Source: a virus
Reading direction: 5' to 3' (one strand)
Length of the DNA: 64,000 nucleotides
IMG/VR virus record: IMGVR_UViG_3300033148_006964
Span: 96,001 to 160,000 of that record
Shown here one piece after another: positions 18,982 through 28,421 of the stretch (the first letter of the stretch is position 1; each line of letters begins with the position of its first letter). The notes beneath the pieces are model-generated. The model ran no database searches. It was not told where the DNA came from and saw only the letters and a program-made list of their open reading frames with translations. A program made the translations under genes and the position numbers.

Positions 18982-19617
18982 TTATAGATCACAAACGAGA
19001 TCTGTTTTTATTATAGATGCACCCATCTTGTTCATTTCTTTAATGGCAGTTTCATGGTTGTCTTCATTGCTAATAAATATTCCCGCCGTTGCGTCTTCAA
19101 CAACATAAACCTTATCTAAGATATGTCCCATTTCGTTAATTAAACCCTTGACTGCTGCTATAACACAAAAATTTGTAGCCACGCCAGAAACGACAACGCT
19201 GTCTATGCTATTAAGCACAAGTATTTTTGTAAGGTTGTCTGGTTGTCCAAGCTCTTTGTCCCATATGTCACACGTTGCCTTTTCAAAAATATAATTGCAA
19301 ACAGGTTCTACTATAAAGTTTGAAAGTTCACTTCCTAACTTACTTTTTATACAGTTACAAAAAACCATATTTGTTTCTGGAATTTTCTTATGCCCATCTG
19401 TATTAGCCATACAATGCGGAGGGAACCTATTAAACTCCGGGTCGTCATCTTTATGAGTGTCAACAGTAGCAACGATAGGAATTGAGTGATTGCAGCAATG
19501 AAAGGTTAAATCTCTAAGGTTTTTCTTAATATTTTTTGCGCCCGGAACGTACAATGCTCCATCCTCATTCATAAAATCATTTTGTGTATCAATGTCAAGA
19601 AATAAAAAGTTACCCAT
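18982..19617 (-). CDS. pncA: nicotinamidase (isochorismatase family)
   Basis: DIDTQNDFM..GAL, DTH, FPPHC, FEKA, GVATNFCV; adjacent to pncB. Confidence 0.88.
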   Translation of the reverse strand: MGNFLFLDIDTQNDFMNEDGALYVPGAKNIKKNLRDLTFHCCNHSIPIVATVDTHKDDDPEFNRFPPHCMANTDGHKKIPETNMVFCNCIKSKLGSELSNFIVEPVCNYIFEKATCDIWDKELGQPDNLTKILVLNSIDSVVVSGVATNFCVIAAVKGLINEMGHILDKVYVVEDATAGIFISNEDNHETAIKEMNKMGASIIKTDLVCDL

Positions 19618-19654
19618 AATAATTCCTTTACTTTAAAAATTAAGATTGTTTATT

Positions 19655-19966
19655 TTATAGTTTATGTAGACGGCCATGACAGCCGTTTAGCCCACATTTC
19701 CTGTGGATATTTTCTTCAGGAAGAAAAAAGGCAGAATGACATCTGCCACACGTTAATACACATGATCTTGTACTATTCGTATCTTTTTCTTCCTCACATT
19801 TATCTTTGTTTAAATTGTTTTCAATGCGGGCTACGGCATTACTGGCACCCCCTTCAATAAAACATCCTTTGCGTATAGCTGTTTCTGCAGCAGTAGTTAA
19901 TAATGCTGGCGCATATGTCATAGGTGCATTTTCTATCGCTTCTTTGATCTCTTCAAATTTAAGCAT
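19655..19966 (-). CDS. hypothetical protein, Cys-rich C-terminus
   Basis: CGRCH...CGLNGC. Confidence 0.6.
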   Translation of the reverse strand: MLKFEEIKEAIENAPMTYAPALLTTAAETAIRKGCFIEGGASNAVARIENNLNKDKCEEEKDTNSTRSCVLTCGRCHSAFFLPEENIHRKCGLNGCHGRLHKL

Positions 19967-20033
19967 TTGTACTCCTTTATGATATTTTTAAATAGTTTTG
20001 TTGTAGTTAAATATAGAAATATTCTACACTATA

Positions 20034-20062
20034 GTAATATCAGATTATATGTGATAATAACG
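20034..20062 (-). promoter_or_regulatory. phage promoter motif copy 4
   Basis: CGTTAT-N17-TATTAC-TATA. Confidence 0.55.
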
Positions 20063-20109
20063 CCTATAGCTAAAAAAGCAAATCATTTTATAGATTTGCT
20101 TATTTTTAT

Positions 20110-20526
20110 TTAGTTTCCCATATATTCTGGACTACTTATAATTGTAATGCATTCTTTTACAAAAGCACTTATTATTAATGCACTTGAAGTTATAAGACAA
20201 ACCTCCTTTAAATTCTTTCTATTTTTATGATCTTCTATCTGACACATAAAAGATCGTTGTTCATGGACCGACATATGTCTTTCGGGAAATACAAACAGTA
20301 AACTTCCTTCAAGAGATTGTTCTTGTTTACCGAAAATATCTGATATTATAGCTCCACCTACATCACAAATATAGTCAAACCTTTCGTCTCTTGGTGGTAT
20401 ATTTCTAGAAATAATTACTTTACAATCAAACCCCAAGTCCATTTTTTCAGTAGCTATACTAATGTCTTCTTCAGTACGATCAAACCAAATATTGAAGATT
20501 TGATCTAATGTTTTTATTGTAGCCAT
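20110..20526 (-). CDS. hypothetical protein
   Basis: 138-aa ORF with RBS. Confidence 0.65.
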   Translation of the reverse strand: MATIKTLDQIFNIWFDRTEEDISIATEKMDLGFDCKVIISRNIPPRDERFDYICDVGGAIISDIFGKQEQSLEGSLLFVFPERHMSVHEQRSFMCQIEDHKNRKNLKEVCLITSSALIISAFVKECITIISSPEYMGN

Positions 20527-20754
20527 AATTGTCCTTTCTTTTTATATTTCTTTTTTTTTATTATGGTTCCTTTACACTTAGTTGATGTCTATGACATTCA
20601 TCAAACATTTTCTCGACGAAATTTAATTCACTGAATATTTGTCCAGCAACAAATTCATTATTAATCCCAATTGTCAGATCTATTTTATATTCATTTATGG
20701 CCTTTTTAACTTTGTTGTACTCACGCATTTTCCGTTTTACTTTTCTTTGCGTTG

Positions 20755-21564
20755 TTAACATGGTCCGCTATCCTTTATTAAATTTAATAATTTGTGCAAT
20801 TCAATAAGCTTCGGTACTTCTTTTTCAAAAGTCTCAATAGAAATACTATTAGGCCCATCACATTTTGCATTATCAGGGTCAGGATGAACCTCAAAAAATA
20901 GTCCATTAACATTTTGACATATTGCAGCTTTAGCTAATGGAACCGCTAATTCTCTTTTACCGGATGAACACCCATTAGCACTTCCAGGACTTTGTACACT
21001 ATGAGTAGCATCAAATATAACAGGTACACCTATTTTCTTTAATTCATGAACGCCAGCAAAGTCAACTACAAGACGATTGTACCCAAAGAATGTACCTCTT
21101 TCAGTAAGCATACATCGATTACTATTAGCTTTAAAAATTGCATACTTCATATTTTCAGGTGACATAAAATTACCCTTTTTTATATTTATAGGTAAACCAG
21201 TTTCCCCGGCGGCTGCAAGTAAATCTGTTTGACGGCAAAGAAAAGCAGGTATTTGAAGAACGTCAACTACTTTTGAAATTATACTAGCTTCATTTGGAAT
21301 ATGAATATCCGTTAATATTGGAAGCCCAAATTTACTTTTGATTTTTTCGAGTATATTTAATCCTTTTAAAATACCAGGTCCTCTAAATGAATCTACAGAT
21401 GTACGATTAGCCTTATCATATGACGCTTTAAATATTATTTTTATATTATTTTTTAATGAAATGTCTACTAATCTTTCAGCAACCTTAAAACATAAACTTT
21501 TAGATTCTATAACACAAGGTCCTGCAATAAAAAACAATGAATCATTAAACAAAATTACCTCCAT
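20755..21564 (-). CDS. kdsA: KDO 8-phosphate synthase
   Basis: IAGPCVIES, KASYDKANRTS, QIPAFLCRQTDLL, NIKKG, ERGTFFGYNRLVVDF, DATHSVQ, EVHPDPDNAKCDG. Confidence 0.93.
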   Translation of the reverse strand: MEVILFNDSLFFIAGPCVIESKSLCFKVAERLVDISLKNNIKIIFKASYDKANRTSVDSFRGPGILKGLNILEKIKSKFGLPILTDIHIPNEASIISKVVDVLQIPAFLCRQTDLLAAAGETGLPINIKKGNFMSPENMKYAIFKANSNRCMLTERGTFFGYNRLVVDFAGVHELKKIGVPVIFDATHSVQSPGSANGCSSGKRELAVPLAKAAICQNVNGLFFEVHPDPDNAKCDGPNSISIETFEKEVPKLIELHKLLNLIKDSGPC

Positions 21565-21689
21565 TTGATTAATAAAAAAGATGGATAGAGAAAAGGAATC
21601 AAAAATATAGGGAAAAGAAAAAAAACTATATTTCATCTAAAAATCTCTATCCATGGTTTAATTATATTTTTAAATTAAAAAAACTTATT

Positions 21690-22073
21690 TTATTTATTAA
21701 AACATTTCTTATATTTTTTTGAAACAGTATAAGCTTCTTGTAAAAATTTTACTCCAGCTACACTTTCTGGATCGCTACCTGAACTGTAACTACCAGGTTC
21801 TTTATGTTCATTTGATAGTTTAACAAGTTTTTTAAAATAAGAATGTAGAATTTTATTTTCTTTCAACAAATCCTCAGTTGAAATCTCAAAATCTACTATT
21901 ACTCCCGACAACTTGTACACATTTTTCCATGTACCACCGCAGTCGTAGCATTCAATACATTCAATAGCAACTCCATCGTCCTGTACTTCGATCTTAGATA
22001 GCGTGTTGATATTCTTGCTTTGACAGAATAGACAGATATTACCTTCTGATTTAAGATATTTTTCTTCATTCAT
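21690..22073 (-). CDS. zinc-ribbon protein (paralog of 30981..31427)
   Basis: CLFCQSKNI...CYDCGGTW..VYKL. Confidence 0.6.
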   Translation of the reverse strand: MNEEKYLKSEGNICLFCQSKNINTLSKIEVQDDGVAIECIECYDCGGTWKNVYKLSGVIVDFEISTEDLLKENKILHSYFKKLVKLSNEHKEPGSYSSGSDPESVAGVKFLQEAYTVSKKYKKCFNK

Positions 22074-22814
22074 TTTTATTTAACGCTCCTTATTTAAACA
22101 TTTGATTTTAAACTAACAACCGCAAAGATAGGTTAAATATTTTTGGCACCGCAGACGTTTAAAATTCTTATTTTTCAACGATTTCTATAACTACAGTATT
22201 TCCCCTTTGTCATAAATCGTAATGCAAAACGAAGTCCCCATTTTTCTAACATCCATGCGTACCATATTCCAACATCAATTATAATAAACGCACTATACTG
22301 CATAATGCAAGCTAAAGGTGATTTTGGCTCTGTTATGAACGCAAGAAGCATATGAATAAAAAAAGCTGCCAATAACGCGATGCACATACCATTTTTATTT
22401 ACCATAACATTTTTCCTTTTAAGTTAAATTTTTTTGCCACAATTTACACGCCTCGCTTCATCATTACAACATTTTATACATTCATCTTCGTCTTTTGTGT
22501 GTACTTTATTTTTAAAATGTATTATATGATTAGTAGGTCTTTTGCATTTATCACACCATTCCCATATTATATTACTCATAATTACTCCTTTCATGTTTTA
22601 TTATTGTTTTCGCCATTCATGCAATCGGCACATCCAACATCCACAACTTTTATTTGGGGTTTTACCACAGCTACTTGATGAACTTGGGCCACTACCAGTT
22701 GGATACCTTTTATCATATTCTTTCCAATATTCTTGAATTGTATATTTAGATGTTTTATTATCAGAACTCATGTTTATTTTTCCTTTCAACAAAATTGTTA
22801 TCTTAAATATAATA

Positions 22815-22929
22815 GTGGACACCTGACTTATCTACGCAGAAGGGCTTAGATTATACTCCCGTTTCAGAGTCCGGCTTTACTGTTTGCCGAAAAAATCGAC
22901 CCGTAGTTGATCATTAGTCAAGTGTCCAC
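22815..22929 (-). ncRNA. candidate structured RNA
   Basis: Nested stems GTGGACAC/GTGTCCAC, TGACT/AGTCA, CTACG/CGTAG with inner hairpins. Confidence 0.45.
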
Positions 22930-22960
22930 GTTTTTTTCTCCATTTAATTTTATTAAAAAA

Positions 22961-22995
22961 AATGGGGAGAGCAAATAAGTATTTACTCTCCCCCC
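22961..22995 (-). terminator. Rho-independent terminator
   Basis: TGGGGAGAG...CTCTCCCCCA stem with long T-tract on minus strand. Confidence 0.7.
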
Positions 22996-23042
22996 ATCAT
23001 CACACACATGTCCACGTCTCGTGGCATAACAAATCTACTATA

Positions 23043-23071
23043 ATTATATCATATTAAATATGATAATAACA
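23043..23071 (-). promoter_or_regulatory. phage promoter motif copy 5
   Basis: TGTTAT-N17-TATAAT. Confidence 0.7.
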
Positions 23072-23086
23072 GAATAACTTTTTTTA

Positions 23087-23253
23087 TTGATATAACTAAA
23101 TCGATACTCTGCGGTGAAGAGAGAGTAGAAGCAGAGCAAAGGATACGTCGAGTTATTTAAAACGACGATCGGGCGTTTTAAATAATAAAGACCCGCCATA
23201 CTAAAAGTAAAAGAGCCGATGAAACACCGGCCCATGTTTTGTTCTTATATCAA
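23087..23253 (-). ncRNA. candidate multi-branch structured RNA
   Basis: 9-bp closing stem TTGATATAA/TTATATCAA; CTCTGC/GCAGAG; TTATTTAAAAC/GTTTTAAATAA; contains GUUUC hairpin. Confidence 0.45.
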
Positions 23254-23265
23254 CGTTATTTAAAT

Positions 23266-23637
23266 TTATTGTCGTGGATTATATTTCTCACGATAAGTCA
23301 ATGATTCGTTTTCCATATGATACTCATGATACATTTTCCAAACGTTACTATTAACGCTCTTGAGTCTAATAGTCTTAACATCACCTCCCAGGAATACTGG
23401 ATGATCAGTTTGATCAAGAAATAACCAACCATCACTACCTTCACAACTTTGTACAATAGCATTTGAAAGCTTATATACATCTACTATAACGCCACCGCTT
23501 TGGCTTATCACAATGTACGGTGCTTTCGAAGAAAATAACACACCACCTCGTGCATCAGCGCTATCCCAAAACTTTGCACAACCAACAAACAATAATAATA
23601 AAGATAAAACAAACAACAATACAAATAAGCGTTTCAT
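23266..23637 (-). CDS. putative lipoprotein
   Basis: Signal peptide ending in lipobox FVGC. Confidence 0.7.
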   Translation of the reverse strand: MKRLFVLLFVLSLLLLFVGCAKFWDSADARGGVLFSSKAPYIVISQSGGVIVDVYKLSNAIVQSCEGSDGWLFLDQTDHPVFLGGDVKTIRLKSVNSNVWKMYHEYHMENESLTYREKYNPRQ

Positions 23638-23999
23638 AAAATGCTCCTTTTTAATATTTAAAAATTTTATTTAGTTTTATATCAAAATCTAAAAAATCTT
23701 ACATTGTAGGAAGTTTCGAAGAACTAGAAGAAGCGGAACTAGTTGATGAATTTGTACCAAAAATATAACCACAAAGATCAATTTTTTTTATAGCAACTAA
23801 TTCTAACATTTGTTTTCCATCGTCATCGTTGCAAAAATAAGGAACTGCTTTTCCAAGATTTTTGTGGACAAACATTCCTAAATTAAAAATATCTTGGTTG
23901 GATTCGGGGGTAAATCCTACACAATCGTCTGCAATAATTTCGTCTGGCCTAGTTGATAATTTCATACTTCTCTCCTCGAATATTGTTTAAAGTTAAAAA

Positions 24000-24075
24000 C
24001 AGGGGTATCTGGATTCGAACCAGAGAAAATGCCAGCACCAAAAACTGGTGTGTTGAGCCGCTTCACCATACCCCT
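24000..24075 (-). tRNA. trnQ: tRNA-Gln (anticodon TTG)
   Basis: AGGGGTA/TACCCCT acceptor stem, GTG/CAC D-stem, CCAGT-TT-TTG-GT-GCTGG anticodon arm, TCTGG-TTCGAAT-CCAGA T-arm; CCA not encoded. Confidence 0.93.
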
Positions 24076-24664
24076 TTAAATATTTTTATATTATGATACG
24101 GCTGATTGATAGATATACTACGCTTTCTCTTTTGTTATATACCAATAGGGTTCTTTTAGAGGATTGTCAATCTGTAAATAACTATATTTGGTTAAGTGTT
24201 CAGCTGCTTCAACAAATGTTTTCCCAAGCCTTATCATCATTCCATCGGAATTAATTTGTGTGAGATATATTATTCTATCTGAGTTCCCAAATTTTCCTTC
24301 AGCGTCGTCACCACTATCCCAAGATATAATTGATACTACATTTTTACATTTTATAAACATGCCGGATTTTATATCCGATGGTTCAAAAATATGTTTCATA
24401 ATATTTCCTTATTAAAGTTTTAATTAAATTTAAAATTTACTACCATCCTATTGATTTTGATATTTCTAGTGTCATACCACCCTTTTCTTCAAATCTTTTT
24501 ACAAAATGATCATATAAGCCTACGTTTGACATATCAAAATAAGGATGCCCAGATGGAGCAAATCTGTGAAGACTGGCTAGTTCTGTTTGGCTTAATTTAT
24601 CTATTTCTTCTTTTTTAGTTTGTATTTCCTTTTTTGTCAACATATTTTCTCCTTAAATTATTAT

Positions 24665-25408
24665 TCACTCGTATAAATAATGAGTTTCAAGATACTGCTG
24701 AAATGTTATATTAAAATACAAAGGAAGTGTCATTGCTATTTCATCCATGTGGGCATGTTCTACTTTAAGTGGTATACGTTCAGCGTTTTCATAATGATCA
24801 TAATAAAGACCATTAACCTGATCTGGAGTTATTATCTTATTAACAACACCATATTCATTAGGCACACCAGCTAATAACCCTTTAAATCCTTTAGTCCTTT
24901 GAACAATATTAAATACATGGTCTATACTATTAGGAAGAGTTAATCTGCGCTCTTTTTTACCATTAATCTTATATTTCTTAGATACACTTCTTCTATGAAA
25001 ATAAGTAGCATATCCATCAATAAAAATAGCTAAACTAATATTTAGCCTTAGTTTCTTTTTTAACATTCTTAAAGAATCTATTACTCCAAAACTTTTAGCT
25101 ATTAAAATTATATTAGCATCAAGATCAAGCATTATTAATTTATTATATATTTCACGTTCAGTTCTTTTCCCAATACATCCTCTTGCGAAGATAAAATCAA
25201 TTTTTGATGGATCTGCACATCCACACATATTAACAGCACGAAGAGATTCATAAAATAAACAGCTATGGGTTTTCTCTCTATTAGTGACATTAGATGTAAA
25301 GTGAACATTATATTTGCTTAACATATTATCTATTGGAAATTTATTTTCAGTGATCCACTCAGAACTTCTATTGTTACCTAATATGGTTATCATAATAGTT
25401 TTTTTCAA
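24665..25408 (-). CDS. alpha/beta-hydrolase-like protein
   Basis: IILIAKSFG nucleophile-elbow-like motif; true start probably TTG 25408 behind AGAAAGGTGAG. Confidence 0.5.
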   Translation of the reverse strand: MKKTIMITILGNNRSSEWITENKFPIDNMLSKYNVHFTSNVTNREKTHSCLFYESLRAVNMCGCADPSKIDFIFARGCIGKRTEREIYNKLIMLDLDANIILIAKSFGVIDSLRMLKKKLRLNISLAIFIDGYATYFHRRSVSKKYKINGKKERRLTLPNSIDHVFNIVQRTKGFKGLLAGVPNEYGVVNKIITPDQVNGLYYDHYENAERIPLKVEHAHMDEIAMTLPLYFNITFQQYLETHYLYE

Positions 25409-25438
25409 TTTATTTCTCACCTTTCTGTATTTGTTAAG

Positions 25439-25819
25439 CATTGTAGATACCTATGTCAATATCATATTATTTTTTGCCCAAAATTTCGATATTCTGTTTT
25501 AAAAGGAAATGTTGAAACCAGCTTAAAAGAAATATTGGTAGATGTTGCAAACAGGTATGAATATGAAATAATACAGATGGAAGTGATGTCAGACCATATT
25601 CATATATTTGTTGGGGCCAAACCGACGGTTGCTTCGATAGATATAGTAAGAGTTTTTAAAAGTATCACTGCTATTGAATTGTTCAAGAAATACCCAAAGT
25701 TAAAATCTTTTTATGGTAAATGTGGCTCTCTTTGGTCGGTAGGAAAATTCATATCAACTATTGGTAACGTTTCTGCTAAGACAATCAAAAAATATATTGC
25801 AGAGCAAAAGGGAAAATAA
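25439..25819 (+). pseudogene. tnpA: Y1 HUH transposase TnpA, 5'-truncated
   Basis: In-frame CQYHIIFCPKFR, DHIHIF (HUH), KKYIAEQ; no in-frame ATG upstream. Confidence 0.8.
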
Positions 25820-25822
25820 AAT

Positions 25823-26983
25823 ATGTTGATACAAAGAGGCTACAAGTACAGAATTTTCCCGACTAAAGAGCAAGAAGAATCGTTGTTTCAATGTGGTGGT
25901 AATGCCAGATTTTTATGGAATTATGTTCTTAAAACAAATCAGGATTATTATAAAGAAACTGGTAAATTTAAGTTTTATTATGAATTAGCTATTTCATTAC
26001 CAACGCTCAAAGAAGAGTACCCCTTCCTTAAAGAATCATTTTCACAATCTTTACAAATGGTTTTACGGCAATTTGATAAAGCGTTAAAAGATTCCTTTAA
26101 AAAAGAAAAAGGATTTCCATCTTTTAAGAAGAAAATGTTGTTGAATGATAGTTTCTCCTGTCCACAAAAATGGCGATTGGGAAAAGGGTTTGTTTTCATA
26201 CCTAAAGTTGGAGAGATAAAATGGGCGAAACATAGGTCTATGAAAGGTAAACCTAAATCAATCACAATTTCACAAGATGGTAACAAATGGTATTGTTCTG
26301 TTTTGTGTGAATACAACATATCAGAACAAGAAAAAAGATATAATAATGTTGTCGGTTGTGATGTTGGTTTGAAAAATTTTGCCACGCTATCTGATAGTAT
26401 TATAATAAGTAATCCCAAGCATACTAAAAAGTATGAAAATAAGTTAGCAAAAGAACAGAGGAAATTGAATAGAAAACAAAAAGAAAGTAAAAACAGATTC
26501 AAACAAAGACTTAAGGTTAGAAAAATTCAAAACAAAATAAAAGATACTCGTAAAGATTTTCTTCATAAAACATCTAATTTAATAACCAAGAGTTATGATG
26601 GAATTGTGGTAGAGGATTTGAATATAAAAGAGATGATGAAAAATCATTATCTCGCTAAAGCAATCGGAGATGTTTCATGGTCAGAGTTTAATAGACAACT
26701 TGAATACAAATGCAGATGGAATTTTAAGCATTATATCAAAATTGGTAGATTTGAACCGACAAGTAAGATGTGCTCAAATTGTGGTTGTATCCAAGAAATG
26801 TCTTTGAATAAAAGGATATTTAATTGTTCTGATTGCGGAGTATCAATAGATAGAGATTTAAATGCATCTTTAAATATTAGAAATATAGGATTAAGTACCG
26901 TAGGGCATACGGGAAATTACGCTTGTGGAGATAGTTCGTCGGAATTGTCGTTGAGGCAAGAAAAAGAATGCTTAGTAAACTAA
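25823..26983 (+). CDS. tnpB: RNA-guided endonuclease TnpB
   Basis: HTH-OrfB N-term; RuvC D (GCDVG), E (VVEDL), D (DRDLNAS); CSNCG/CSDCG zinc ribbon. Confidence 0.93.
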   Translation: MLIQRGYKYRIFPTKEQEESLFQCGGNARFLWNYVLKTNQDYYKETGKFKFYYELAISLPTLKEEYPFLKESFSQSLQMVLRQFDKALKDSFKKEKGFPSFKKKMLLNDSFSCPQKWRLGKGFVFIPKVGEIKWAKHRSMKGKPKSITISQDGNKWYCSVLCEYNISEQEKRYNNVVGCDVGLKNFATLSDSIIISNPKHTKKYENKLAKEQRKLNRKQKESKNRFKQRLKVRKIQNKIKDTRKDFLHKTSNLITKSYDGIVVEDLNIKEMMKNHYLAKAIGDVSWSEFNRQLEYKCRWNFKHYIKIGRFEPTSKMCSNCGCIQEMSLNKRIFNCSDCGVSIDRDLNASLNIRNIGLSTVGHTGNYACGDSSSELSLRQEKECLVN

Positions 26984-27224
26984 GCAGAAGCCACGGGGCT
27001 TGCCCTGTGGAGTGTCACTATAATAGTTTTTTTCAATTAGCTCCTACCTTTCTATATTTATTTAAGCGTGCGCATATCTTTTGAAAACATTTCACGAAGG
27101 CCTTTTAGTTCTTGAACTCCGCATTCTAAACAATAAACTTCATTGCCTATTCCATAGTGGCCTTCATTTTTTTTAATTTTTCTTTTACATTTTTTGCATA
27201 TCATAATAATACCTTTTTTAAAAG

Positions 27225-27605
27225 TTATTTTTTGCTTGTGTCTTCTGTGCCACGCGCTTTACATTTTAGAGGACGATGATTAAGCCAATGTATTGCTTCT
27301 TCAATCTTAGTGATGGCTATTGCATTTTCACGACAAGAAAAGTTACCATTTTGAAAATGCTGAAGACGATCAATTACAATTGCAAGAAGATCTTCCTGAT
27401 AGCAACCATTTGTTTCAAATTCTTTAACGTGGCTTTCATGGAAAGATATCTTGGCAAACTCATCGCCTTCTCCCATTGTTGTACCTTCTGGTTGAGTCGG
27501 TCTTATTTCATATTTATGGCAAGCACCACTCGCGCCAGGTTCGTCTAAACAAACTATTTGTGTAGATTTTTGAGTTCCAATTTTTAATACTCTCATTTTT
27601 ACCAC
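27225..27605 (-). CDS. tad1: Tad1-like immune-signal sponge protein, apparently degenerate
   Basis: EPGASGACHKYEI, EDLLAIVIDRLQHFQNGNFSCRENAIAITKIEEAIHWL match Tad1/Acb2-type proteins as I recall them. Confidence 0.75.
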   Translation of the reverse strand: MVKMRVLKIGTQKSTQIVCLDEPGASGACHKYEIRPTQPEGTTMGEGDEFAKISFHESHVKEFETNGCYQEDLLAIVIDRLQHFQNGNFSCRENAIAITKIEEAIHWLNHRPLKCKARGTEDTSKK

Positions 27606-27932
27606 CTTTGTTATAAAATTTAAAAAATAAAACTTATAAATGAATTTCCTTAAACCGTTTCAAAAATTTAATATCTCCATATTTTATCAAAAATAGTTGA
27701 AATTAATTTAAAATGAGGAGAGCATATATAGCATCCATCGTTTTCTCCACAAGTACACTTTTCTCCAAATAATATAAACATAACAAAGGAGTTAAAACAA
27801 ATTTTAAGTTTTCGTATCATTTTTTTTACCTCATTTTATATAAAATTAATGTTAAAAAAAAGGCCGACCTTTAAGACGTCGGCCCAATAGCTGTAACTAA
27901 AATTGAAGGTTAAAGTGTTTGAAAAGAGGCAA

Positions 27933-28172
27933 TAGTAAAATTTTGTAGTTCATTTCCCCGCAGGAAATGAGAATTTTACTAAGGCCGGTTTCACACACGA
28001 ATAACCTATCATGTTATCACCACCATCTGTCGAAACAACAGACAATATAACTTACAGCTTAAAAGTACAAACAGGAGGAGTCCAACGGACTAGTGGTTTG
28101 CGTCCCACAAAGTATAGATAATAGGTTCCTATTTGAACATTCCCTATTATATACCTAGACCATCCTCCTGTT
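27933..28172 (-). ncRNA. candidate structured RNA / leader
   Basis: TAGTAAAATT/AATTTTACTA with TCATTTCC/GGAAATGA; AACAGGAGGA/TCCTCCTGTT with inner stems; GUUUC hairpin at 28026. Confidence 0.45.
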
Positions 28173-28421
28173 TTGTTATTTAAAATTTTGTAATGTAATT
28201 ATAGTTGGCAATGTTTTTTTATTGTTTATACATTCTGCCAAATAGATCTCAGCCTTTATAAAAGATCTGACTTCTTTTAATCTTTCTTTAGGTACACCCC
28301 TAACAATAATTGTAAAATCGTCCTCAATTGTTATTATATCGTTTTTTGTATATTCAAAATCAGGAAACTGAGCTTTTAACATATCAATATATTTGTCTAA
28401 ATCATCCATATCTTTTCCTTA

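Larger units (their letters stand above)
25439..27018 (+). mobile_element. IS200/IS605-family element (tnpA remnant + tnpB), left end missing
   Basis: Right-end hairpin CCACGGGG-CTTG-CCCTGTGG preceded by guide GAAG, which predicts the observed TCAC end at 27018. Confidence 0.85.

Noticed and set aside
28093-28110. GGGACGCAAA (minus strand), similar to a c-di-GMP-I riboswitch; also GGCAAA near 22880
   Set aside because: The GGYAAA-P1-GNRA and P2 receptor elements are not arranged together at either site
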